A DNA stretch of 44,476 nt from Candidatus Bipolaricaulota bacterium. Lineage in GTDB: Bacteria > Bipolaricaulota > Bipolaricaulia > RBG-16-55-9 > DRXL01. Of the stretch, positions 1 through 7,913 are shown in pieces; position 1 is the stretch's first letter; every line of letters begins with the position of its first letter. The position numbers and the translations under genes are program-made. The notes below the pieces were generated by a model that was given only the letters and a program-made list of their open reading frames with translations, was not told where the DNA came from and ran no database searches. The stretch lies in contig DAIPXV010000002.1 in assembly GCA_036783095.1 (NCBI GenBank), positions 1 to 44,476 on the forward strand. Reading direction: 5' to 3'.

Positions 1-78
1 GACCTAACAAGCTTCGCTTGACGTTCATCTTCGCCAGCCAGAGGCTGGCGAAGGTGTACAGTCCAGACGAAGTCTGGT

Positions 79-960
79 ATGCTCATCACGCGCACGATTG
101 CAGAGACGCGCACAGCGATCGCTCGGGCTCGCGCCCAGGGCAAGCGCATCGGCTTTGTGCCCACAATGGGATATTTGCACGAAGGACATCTCCGGCTCAT
201 AGATATCGCGCGCCAGCATAGCGACTTTGTCGTCGTGAGCATCTTTGTCAATCCCACGCAGTTTGGCCCTCATGAAGACTTCGCTTCGTATCCCAGGGAT
301 TTTGAGCGCGATCGCACGCTCTGCGAGGCGCGCGGGACAGATCTCATCTTTGCGCCGGAAGTCTCGGAGATGTACCCCGAACGCTCGCTCATCACGTTTC
401 AGATCGAAAAATTAGCTGATCGTCTTTGCGGGGCGCGGCGGCCGGGGCACTTCAACGGGGTCGTCTTGGTGGTGAGCAAGCTCTTCAACATTGTGCAGCC
501 CGATATTGCGGTCTTCGGCCAAAAAGATGCGCAGCAGCTCATCATCATCAAAAGACTCGTCCAAGACCTGAACTTCCCCATCAAAATCATCTCTGCGCCG
601 ACGGTGCGCGAGCCCGACGGCCTTGCGATGAGCAGCCGCAACGTCTATCTCTCCCCAGAGCAACGCGCCCAGAGCACAGTGCTCTATAGATCTTTACAGA
701 AAGCGAAAGCCCTCATCGAATCTGGGGAGCGCGACGCGAAGAGGGTCATCACCGAGATGGAGCGAGTCATCACCACGGCGAGCGAAGCGAAGATAGACTA
801 TATCGAGATTGCGCGCGTGAGCGATCTGCAGCCCATCGAGAAGCTAGATGGGCTGGTGCTGATCGCGCTGGCGGTCTACTTCGGCAAAGCGAGATTGATA
901 GATAATATTATACTTGACGTGAGCGACCACGCCGTGCGCGAGATCCCTGCCCTCCCTTAA
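79..960 (+). CDS. panC: pantoate--beta-alanine ligase (pantothenate synthetase)
   Basis: 293-aa ORF. N-terminus KRIGFVPTMGYLHEGHLRLI carries the HxGH nucleotidyltransferase motif in the usual PanC context, and the length fits PanC. Confidence 0.93.
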   Translation: MLITRTIAETRTAIARARAQGKRIGFVPTMGYLHEGHLRLIDIARQHSDFVVVSIFVNPTQFGPHEDFASYPRDFERDRTLCEARGTDLIFAPEVSEMYPERSLITFQIEKLADRLCGARRPGHFNGVVLVVSKLFNIVQPDIAVFGQKDAQQLIIIKRLVQDLNFPIKIISAPTVREPDGLAMSSRNVYLSPEQRAQSTVLYRSLQKAKALIESGERDAKRVITEMERVITTASEAKIDYIEIARVSDLQPIEKLDGLVLIALAVYFGKARLIDNIILDVSDHAVREIPALP

Positions 961-1640
961 AATCTCACACTCACTAACGGCGCGGAGATCGCTAAGCCAA
1001 CCTTGGCATTATACCCAATAGTAGCCCCCAGAGCCGCCAAGGCCATCGGGCTGAGAAGAACTTCGATGGGCTCGACCAAAGAGCCCTTATACCCGCATTC
1101 CCAGCTGGTCTTGTCCTTCTCTTCTATGCGCTCACAGTACCAGCCTGAGAATGAGAACGGGTACTTCTGAGGCTCGGTTAGCAAAATCATTCCTACAAGA
1201 CCTCCAGCAAACGCTCCGGTGAAAGCCCCTTGGGGATCGCCCTCGACGCCAAAGAGCTTCCCTATCCAGATGACCCCCATCGCTGCCCCTATACTTACTC
1301 CTAAGCCGAAGCCGATCTTCGCTCCCTTGAAGGCCCATTGCATAGGCAAGGGCTCTTCCGACGGAGGAGCCAGCAGATCTTCTGGAGTTTGGGTCTGTCT
1401 CTCTTCTTGGGTGACTTGATAGACTCCCTTGGGATTGCGTGCGAATTCAAGGGGCAGAGCCAACAATGCCCCGCTGAGCCCGCCCGCAAGCGTTCCCACT
1501 ACGCCGCCAGCTAGGGCCGCTATCGTCCCACCACCGATCTGTGTGCCATAGTACAAGGGGCTTTGCCCCTGAGCCTGAGCTGACACTCCTACGGCCAACA
1601 CGCCCAAACACACCAGCGCCGCGATAGACGCCGACTTCAT
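957..1640 (-). CDS. hypothetical secreted/membrane Gly-rich protein (paralogue of 21285..21899)
   Basis: 227-aa ORF with AGGAGG 7 nt upstream of the ATG (1648-1653). Signal-peptide-like N-terminus MKSASIAALVCLGVLAVGVSAQAQ and Gly-rich hydrophobic segments. C-terminus is APLVSVRF. Its stop codon interlocks with the panC stop in TTAA (957-960). Confidence 0.6.
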   Translation of the reverse strand: MKSASIAALVCLGVLAVGVSAQAQGQSPLYYGTQIGGGTIAALAGGVVGTLAGGLSGALLALPLEFARNPKGVYQVTQEERQTQTPEDLLAPPSEEPLPMQWAFKGAKIGFGLGVSIGAAMGVIWIGKLFGVEGDPQGAFTGAFAGGLVGMILLTEPQKYPFSFSGWYCERIEEKDKTSWECGYKGSLVEPIEVLLSPMALAALGATIGYNAKVGLAISAPLVSVRF

Positions 1641-1651
1641 ACGATCACCTC

Positions 1652-1672
1652 CTGAGTGTATTATACACTCAG
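1652..1672. promoter_or_regulatory. perfect 9-3-9 palindrome CTGAGTGTA-TTA-TACACTCAG at the hom stop / upstream of 957..1640
   Basis: Read directly from the sequence. The arms 1652-1660 and 1664-1672 are exact reverse complements. The minus strand reads GTGTATAATACAC, so a TATAAT hexamer sits at the centre. Function is unknown (hairpin, operator or -10 element). Confidence 0.4.
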
Positions 1673-2748
1673 CGAGCCAAGATGAGAATATCCGCGAGCA
1701 CGCCCGAAGCCGTCAGTTCCGGCCCCGACCCCTTGCCCCGAATAATTAAAGAACTCTCGCGATAGCGCGCCGTCTGCACAGCCACAACGCTGTCAGCTAC
1801 CCCCGGACGCACTAGCTCATCGTCTGCTGTGAGCCTTTCGAGCTGCGCTCGACAGCGCCCATCACGGATTTCAACGACGTAGCGCAGCTTCTCTCCCCGC
1901 GCTTGGACGTCTCGACCGAGCTCCGCCCATCGCGCATCGTACTCTGACAGACGCGCCAAGAAATCTTCTACAGAAAGCGCATCCCACTCCAGGGGATAGA
2001 GTGACTCGCGCGAGACGTCCTCAAGCTCTAGAGGGTAGCCAAGCAAGCGCGCTAGTATTAGCGCTTTACGGGCAGCGTCGCGACCGGAGAGATCTTCACG
2101 AGGGTCGGGCTCGGTGTGGCCACGCGCCCTGGCCTCCCGCACAATCTCTGAAAATCTGTGCCCCCGCTCCAGTCGCTGACAGAGCATATTGAGCGTCCCA
2201 GAGAGACACCCGCGGATTTTCTGAATAGCATCGCCGGTGTCGAGCAAGAACGACTGTATGGTGACAATGATGGGGAGCGCCGCGCCCACGGTCGTCTCAA
2301 AGCGCGTTTTGGGGTTAGCTGTCAACTCGCGAAAGAGCTCATAGGGCCCAGCCAGCGGCAGCTTATTGGCCAAGACGATCCCCAGACCCCGCGCGCACGC
2401 CGCGCGTAGCACGGGAACAGTCGCTTCTGTAGCCGTCACGTCCACGACGATAGTATCGGGCTCAAAAAGCCCTTCTACGATCGCAGGGCTACTGTCCCAA
2501 GAGCGGCCCTGGGGCAGAGCCCGCAGCCGCGCCCCTTGCGCTTTCGCTGCGACGATCTCTGTCAGCATCTCATCAAAAAGCCCATCTTTGTTGATGACGA
2601 TCCCGTCGCGATCTGCGAGCGCGAGATACTGCAGCGAGAGCCCAAGCCGCTGGGCATGATAAGATCGCTGCGTCAAGATTTGACGCACCAGCGCCCGACC
2701 CACGCCCCCTAGACCTAACTGAATCAACTTGATGCGTTTAAGAGTCAT
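1669..2748 (-). CDS. hom: homoserine dehydrogenase (no ACT domain)
   Basis: 359-aa ORF. N-terminal Rossmann motif IQLGLGGVGRAL, and central ALPIIVTIQSFLLDTGDAIQKIRGCLSGTLN typical of the homoserine dehydrogenase catalytic domain. Confidence 0.82.
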   Translation of the reverse strand: MTLKRIKLIQLGLGGVGRALVRQILTQRSYHAQRLGLSLQYLALADRDGIVINKDGLFDEMLTEIVAAKAQGARLRALPQGRSWDSSPAIVEGLFEPDTIVVDVTATEATVPVLRAACARGLGIVLANKLPLAGPYELFRELTANPKTRFETTVGAALPIIVTIQSFLLDTGDAIQKIRGCLSGTLNMLCQRLERGHRFSEIVREARARGHTEPDPREDLSGRDAARKALILARLLGYPLELEDVSRESLYPLEWDALSVEDFLARLSEYDARWAELGRDVQARGEKLRYVVEIRDGRCRAQLERLTADDELVRPGVADSVVAVQTARYRESSLIIRGKGSGPELTASGVLADILILAR

Positions 2749-3509
2749 AGAGATTCTCCTAGCTGTTGCGCTTGTGATCGAGTCTCCATTGGCCCAAGGA
2801 CAAGCGTGATCTCCCCCTTAATCGTCGGGCGAGCTCGGAGATTGTCGAGAATCTGCTGGACTGTCCCGCGCACGATCTCTTCGTGAATCTTTGTGAGCTC
2901 TCGACAGAGCGCCAGGGGTCTATCGGGAAAGATTTCAGCCATCACTTCGAGGGTCTTCAGCACCCGATGAGGGGACTCATAGAGCACGATCGTGCGGGGC
3001 TCTTGGGAGAGATGGGCGAAAAACTCATGCTTGGCTTTGGGTTTTTTCGGAGGCACCCCCGCGAAGACGAAGCTCTCCGTAGGGAAGCCCGAGACGATCA
3101 ACGCTGTGATCAGCGCTGTCGGCCCTGGGATGGGGATCACTGAGATATTTTCAGCAATGGCGCGACGGACCAGCCCATAGCCCGGATCGGAGATGAGCGG
3201 CGTGCCCGCGTCGCAGATGAGCGCGATCCGCGCGCCCCCTTTGAGTTTCTCTATAAAATACTCGACGCGCTCGCGCTCGGCCCCGCGATACAAGCTGCGC
3301 TCGAAGGGCTTTTCAATCCCATAGTGCGCCAAGAGCTGGCGCGAGCGCCGCGTGTCCTCAGCGATGATAAGATCGCACTCCTTAAGCACTCTTAAGGCCC
3401 TTAGCGTGATATCTTCTAAGTTCCCGATGGGAGTCGCAACGATATAAAGTGTACCAGTTGCATTCTTCACACGGCAATCATAGAATACTGTGAGCAGAGC
3501 GTGCAACAA
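2745..3509 (-). CDS. rsmI: 16S rRNA (cytidine1402-2'-O)-methyltransferase
   Basis: GTLYIVATPIGNLEDITLRALRVLKECDLIIAEDTRRSRQLL, DAGTPLISDPGY and ESPHR resemble E. coli RsmI. The tracked start is a TTG at 3509. An in-frame GTG at 3470 lies 4 nt after a TATGAT hexamer and is the more likely start. Confidence 0.88.
   Translation of the reverse strand: MLHALLTVFYDCRVKNATGTLYIVATPIGNLEDITLRALRVLKECDLIIAEDTRRSRQLLAHYGIEKPFERSLYRGAERERVEYFIEKLKGGARIALICDAGTPLISDPGYGLVRRAIAENISVIPIPGPTALITALIVSGFPTESFVFAGVPPKKPKAKHEFFAHLSQEPRTIVLYESPHRVLKTLEVMAEIFPDRPLALCRELTKIHEEIVRGTVQQILDNLRARPTIKGEITLVLGPMETRSQAQQLGESL
3458..3486 (+). promoter_or_regulatory. candidate sigma70-type promoter of prfB (TTGCAT-17-TAGAAT)
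   Basis: TTGCAT at 3458-3463, a 17-nt spacer, then TAGAAT at 3481-3486. It is followed by AAGGAGG (3508-3514) and the GTG at 3524. Confidence 0.45.
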
Positions 3510-3523
3510 GGAGGACGAGAGCC

Positions 3524-4595
3524 GTGCTGCAACAGTTGCGCGATCGGTTGAACCAGATCGCTGATCGTCTTTGACTTAGCTGCGTTAGAAGCCGAGCTCA
3601 AACGCTTAGAAGACCAGATGTCTGCGCCGGGCTTCTGGGAGGACAAACATCAAGCGAAGCTCGTCGCCCAGCAAGTCGAGCAGAAGCGCCGGGTTTTACA
3701 GAAATACAAAGCGCTGGAGACCCAGCTCGACGACCTAGAAGTCTTAGAAGAGCTGGGCAAGTCCGAGGGCGACCCGTCCGTCGAGCGCGAAGTGCAGTTA
3801 GGCATCCAAGAGCTCTCCAAGCGTTTGGAAGCCCTAGAACTTGAGGCGTTTCTCAACGAGCCTTACGATCCCAACGACTGTTATCTAAGCATTCAAGCGG
3901 GGGCTGGGGGCACGGATGCTCAAGATTGGGCCGAGATGCTCTTGCGAATGTATCTGCGCTATATAGAGCGGCGGGGGTGGCGGGCGAGCATCATCGAGGC
4001 GAGCCCCGGAGAAGTCGCGGGGATCAAGAGCGCGACGGTTGAAGTCTTGGGGCCCTATGCGTATGGATATTTGAAGGCCGAGCGCGGCGTCCACCGCTTA
4101 GTCCGAATCTCCCCGTTCGATGCCAACGCGCGGCGGCATACATCGTTCGCTGCCGTGACGGTCATTCCCAAGGTCGAGGATGTGGATATCGAGATTCGTC
4201 CTGAAGATCTGAAGATTGACACGTTCCGGGCTGGGGGAGCCGGCGGGCAGTATGTCAACAAAACTGAGTCTGCCGTAAGAATTACGCACGTGCCCACGGG
4301 GATTGTCGTGACGTGTCAGCGGGAGCGCAGCCAGCAGCAGAATAAAGAGATCGCGTTAGAGCTTCTTGCGGCGCGGCTGTACGAGCTGAAGCTGCGGGAG
4401 AAAGAGCAAGAGATCGCGAAAGTGCGCGGGGAGTTGCGCGCTATCGAGTGGGGGAGCCAGATTCGTTCGTATGTCTTGCAGCCCTATCAATTAGTCAAAG
4501 ATCATCGCACGGAGATCGAGGTGGGCAACGTGCAAGCCGTCTTGGACGGCGAGCTCGATCTATTTATTGAAGGATATTTGAAACGGAAGCGATAA
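3524..4595 (+). CDS. prfB: peptide chain release factor 2, expressed through a programmed +1 frameshift
   Basis: Frame 0 runs GTG 3524 ... CGT CTT TGA (stop at 3572-3574) and encodes VLQQLRDRLNQIADRL. The +1 frame from GAC at 3573 continues DLAALEAELKRLEDQMSAPGFWED into the tracked ORF 3618..4595 (3618-3573=45 nt, so in frame). The body carries the SPF tripeptide (RISPFD), GGQYVNKTESAVRITH and RSQQQNK. AAGGAGG lies 9 nt before the GTG. Confidence 0.95.
3569..3575 (+). other. RF2 autoregulatory +1 frameshift site CTT TGA C
   Basis: Exact CUU UGA C heptamer, identical to the E. coli prfB shift site. No SD-like G-rich stimulator is visible in the preceding ~12 nt (ATCGCTGATCGT). Confidence 0.9.
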
Positions 4596-4602
4596 GGGGA
4601 AT

Positions 4603-4899
4603 ATGTCTGAACGGGTAATAAAATGGCTAGTTCATATTTTGCTCCCCTTAGGAGCGATCGTTCTAATTATTAGTATACTCGTAATCCCTCACGAAGCTCT
4701 TATAAAAATCTTGATGCCCTTGCCATTGTACCTCTTCATCGCTTATGGAATTCGTGGAATCATAGATCCCGCGAGCGTGTCTGAGAGGATTTATAAGCTG
4801 AGGCTCTCTAAGTTAGATTTGATATTAACTCGACTAGCGGGTATAGTCATAGTTCTTTGTAGCGCCATAGGCATAATTAGAATGTTACAGCGATGGTGA
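4603..4899 (+). CDS. hypothetical small membrane protein (about 3 predicted TM helices)
   Basis: 98-aa ORF with AAGGGGA just upstream and three hydrophobic stretches. It is visibly AT-rich: line 4621-4680 has 22/60 G+C. Confidence 0.5.
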   Translation: MSERVIKWLVHILLPLGAIVLIISILVIPHEALIKILMPLPLYLFIAYGIRGIIDPASVSERIYKLRLSKLDLILTRLAGIVIVLCSAIGIIRMLQRW

Positions 4900-4911
4900 G
4901 ATGATCACGTC

Positions 4912-5697
4912 TTGATCGCGGGGATATTATTCTTCGCAGCTATTGCTATTGGCTGGGTGGCGAGCATGGTCGGGGTCGGCGGCGGGATTTTTATGGTCCC
5001 GCTGCTCGTCTTTTTGAATCTCGTGGGCTCGACCCAAGAAGCTGTTGGCACCAGCTTAGCTGCGATCGTCTTCAACTCGATCTCTAGCACGGTCGCATAC
5101 TCTCGCCAAAAGAAGATTGATTATAAATTCGCGCTGGCATTGCTGCCCGCCGCGCTGGTGGGAGCATGGCTTGGGGCGTTTCTCACGGAGTTCATCTCAA
5201 GCGAAGCGTTAGCTATCGCGTTCGGGGTCTTATTGCTCTACGTCTCTGGGCTGATGCTCGCGGGGAAAGAACCCAAAGAGCTGGGCTTGCTGCTCCGACG
5301 TGGGCTGGATCCACACGGCAATCCCACGCCTCTGCTTGGCGCTCTTGTCGGCTTGGTCGCGGGAGTCGCGGCAGGGTTCTTCGGGATCGGCGGGGGGATC
5401 GTGATGGTCCCCGCGATGAATATCTTTCTGGGGGTAGAGATCGTCAATGCCGTGGCGACGAGCCTCTTCGTGATGGGGCCGTCGTCGCTCATCGCTGCGA
5501 TCACGCACTTCTTTCAGGGCAATCTCCATATAGACTTGGCAATCCCGCTGGCACTGGGGATTATCATCGGAGCGCAGGTGGGAGCGTGGAGCACCACAAG
5601 GGTCTCAAAAATCTTCCTGCGGCGGCTCTTCGGGGTCGTGCTGCTCTACTCGGCGATCAATATGATTTGGAAGGGTGTGCAGAGTTTGCTATCTTAA
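4912..5697 (+). CDS. TSUP (TauE/SafE, DUF81) family anion exporter-like permease
   Basis: 261-aa polytopic ORF with duplicated GVGGGIFMVPLL / GIGGGIVMVPAM motifs typical of the family. Starts with TTG. Confidence 0.82.
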   Translation: MIAGILFFAAIAIGWVASMVGVGGGIFMVPLLVFLNLVGSTQEAVGTSLAAIVFNSISSTVAYSRQKKIDYKFALALLPAALVGAWLGAFLTEFISSEALAIAFGVLLLYVSGLMLAGKEPKELGLLLRRGLDPHGNPTPLLGALVGLVAGVAAGFFGIGGGIVMVPAMNIFLGVEIVNAVATSLFVMGPSSLIAAITHFFQGNLHIDLAIPLALGIIIGAQVGAWSTTRVSKIFLRRLFGVVLLYSAINMIWKGVQSLLS

Positions 5698-5701
5698 CTC
5701 T

Positions 5702-6337
5702 ATGCAGATCGCCATTGATGGCCCGGCTGGCTCCGGCAAGACGAGCGTCGCCCGCGCCTTGGCAAAACGTTTTGGGTGTCTTCTGGTCAACACTGGTGCT
5801 ATGTACCGCGCCGTCGCCCTGGGGCTCTCCCAAGGACTGAAGCTCTCCGAAATCTCCATCGAAGTTCGACCCAACGAACGGATCGTGCTCAACGGCCAAG
5901 ACATCACAGAAAAACTCTACACTCCAGAAATGGACGAGCTTGCTTCTCAGGTCGCGGCCCGCCCAGAAGTGCGCGAATTTCTCATCGCTCAGCAACGGGC
6001 GCTCGCACGCGACAGGGATGTCGTCATGGAGGGACGCGACATCGGCTCGGTCGTCCTCCCCAACGCTGATGTCAAGCTCTATCTTGATGCTTCTGTTGAG
6101 GAGCGCGCCCGCCGCCGCTGCCGCGAACGCCTCAATCAGTCGTATGAAGACGTCTTGGCCAAGATGCGCGAGCGCGACGCCCGCGATAGTGTGGGCTTCG
6201 GGCGCTTACAGATCGCCCCCGATACGCTCATCATCCGTACCGATGGGCGCACTTTAGAGGACGTCATCGCTGAGGCTGTGCGGGCTGTGGAGTCGGCGTT
6301 GCAGAAGCGGGGAGTGTCTGGTAAACTGAACGGGTGA
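5702..6337 (+). CDS. cmk: cytidylate kinase
   Basis: MQIAIDGPAGSGKTSVARALAKRFG...NTGAMYRA is the P-loop plus Cmk signature. I trimmed the tracked ORF to the ATG at 5702. Confidence 0.92.
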   Translation: MQIAIDGPAGSGKTSVARALAKRFGCLLVNTGAMYRAVALGLSQGLKLSEISIEVRPNERIVLNGQDITEKLYTPEMDELASQVAARPEVREFLIAQQRALARDRDVVMEGRDIGSVVLPNADVKLYLDASVEERARRRCRERLNQSYEDVLAKMRERDARDSVGFGRLQIAPDTLIIRTDGRTLEDVIAEAVRAVESALQKRGVSGKLNG

Positions 6338-6999
6338 ACGCGGCCGAAGCCATCAAGGGGTTTGTTTACTGGCTGCTGGCCCCGGTCTTGGGCGCGATCG
6401 TGCGGGTCCTGTTCCGGTTGCGGGTGCGCGGCTGGGAGAACCTTCCCCAACAGGGTGGATTTCTGCTCGTAGCGCGCCATCGCAGCTACTGGGATATCCC
6501 GCTACTGATAACTGTACTGGGCCATCGGCACCGTATCTACTTTGTCGCGCGCAAGACGCTGCTTAATGAGAACCCCTTCTTGGCCTTCTGGGTGCGCCAC
6601 TACGCGATCACGATCGATCGGGAACACTTCCAAGTGGAGGACTTGCGCAAAGTGCTCGAAGCCATCAGATCTGGCAAGATCGTGGGGATCTTCCCCGAGG
6701 GGACGACGCAGAAGCCCCAGCGGGCCCATCCTGGAGTTATTCGCTTTGCTGAGCGCACCGGCAGCGAATTCGTCGCCGTGCGCTTCGAGGCCCGCGGCCC
6801 CTATCCCCCAAAGTATCCCTTCCGCTGGCCTCAAATCACTGCGTATATCAGCGCGCCGTTTAGCTTACGAGACTTAGAGTTCGATCTTGGGGAGGTCTCA
6901 GATCGCCACGAGCGCTATCACAAGCTTGCTGATCTGTTGATGGAGCGCATAGATAGAGTCGGGCTGGAACGTTCCCCAGCCCTGCAGGAGAGTTTATGA
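6334..6999 (+). CDS. plsC: 1-acyl-sn-glycerol-3-phosphate acyltransferase family
   Basis: Contains the HxxxxD motif (ARHRSYWD) and FPEGT. The GTG start overlaps the cmk stop (GTGA). Confidence 0.82.
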   Translation: MNAAEAIKGFVYWLLAPVLGAIVRVLFRLRVRGWENLPQQGGFLLVARHRSYWDIPLLITVLGHRHRIYFVARKTLLNENPFLAFWVRHYAITIDREHFQVEDLRKVLEAIRSGKIVGIFPEGTTQKPQRAHPGVIRFAERTGSEFVAVRFEARGPYPPKYPFRWPQITAYISAPFSLRDLEFDLGEVSDRHERYHKLADLLMERIDRVGLERSPALQESL

Positions 7000-7907
7000 T
7001 CGCTACAGAGAGACCCACTATTGAGATTGCGCGCAGCGCCGGCTGGTGCTTTGGCGTGGAGCGCATCGTAGAGATGGCTGAAAAGCTATTAAACGAGACA
7101 CGTGACGGCCCGGTTTACTGCCTGGGCGAGCTCATTCATAATCCTCAAGAGGTCGCGCGGCTGCGCGCCAAGGGCATGATCTTTGTGAAATCTCACGAAG
7201 AGCTGCCCCCCGTGGAACCAGGGCAGAAGCGCAAAGTCTTGATTCGTGCACACGGAGTCGCGCCCGCGGTCAAGCGCGCCCTCCAACAGAAGGGCTACGA
7301 GATCTATGACGGGACGTGTCCACTGGTGACGATCCCGCAAAAGTTCGCGCGCGAGCTTGCAGAGCAAGGGTATAGAGTAGTGATCATGGGACACATCGAG
7401 CACCCAGAGATCCAGGGGATCTTGGGGCATCTAGAGGGGCTCAATGCAAGAGTGGACGTGATCACCGGCCCAGAAGAAGTAGAAAAGCTCAAGCTGAAGG
7501 CGTCGGATCGGGTGGGGCTCATCTCGCAGACGACCCACCCGTACGAAAAATTCGCTCAGCTCATCGGGCGGGTGCTCGAGCATTGCTTAGAGGTCCGGGC
7601 ATATAATACAATATGTCAAGCGACCTTCGAGCGCCAAGAGGCAATCCGTGAGCTGGCCCAGCGCTGCGACGTCGTCATCGTGATTGGCGGGCGTAATAGC
7701 TCCAATACGTGCCGTCTGGCCGAGATCGCGCAAGAGCATACGACGTGCTATCATATTGAGGACGCATCCGAACTGAAAGGAGAGTGGTTCTGGGGGAAGA
7801 AGCGCATAGGGATCTCTGCGGGGGCATCCACCCCCACACGGGCTATCGTGGCTGTACAATCGGCCATCGAGCAGTTGATCAGCAAATCCTCTCAAGCAAG
7901 CGGGTGA
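6996..7907 (+). CDS. ispH: 4-hydroxy-3-methylbut-2-enyl diphosphate reductase
   Basis: AGWCFGVERIV, IHNPQEV, DGTCPLV and NSSNTCRL give the three cluster Cys contexts of IspH/LytB. ATGA overlap with plsC. Confidence 0.92.
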   Translation: MIATERPTIEIARSAGWCFGVERIVEMAEKLLNETRDGPVYCLGELIHNPQEVARLRAKGMIFVKSHEELPPVEPGQKRKVLIRAHGVAPAVKRALQQKGYEIYDGTCPLVTIPQKFARELAEQGYRVVIMGHIEHPEIQGILGHLEGLNARVDVITGPEEVEKLKLKASDRVGLISQTTHPYEKFAQLIGRVLEHCLEVRAYNTICQATFERQEAIRELAQRCDVVIVIGGRNSSNTCRLAEIAQEHTTCYHIEDASELKGEWFWGKKRIGISAGASTPTRAIVAVQSAIEQLISKSSQASG

Positions 7908-7913
7908 TCGAGC

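Noticed and set aside
5166-5840. 224-aa alternative-frame ORF, and similar long overlapping frames (for example 23419..24102, 26371..26991, 27231..27866, 34329..34871)
   Set aside because: They are same-strand or antisense overlaps of recognised genes (TSUP/cmk, lon, the ABC components, cca). They are Arg/Ala/Pro-rich with no motifs, as expected for a high-GC genome.
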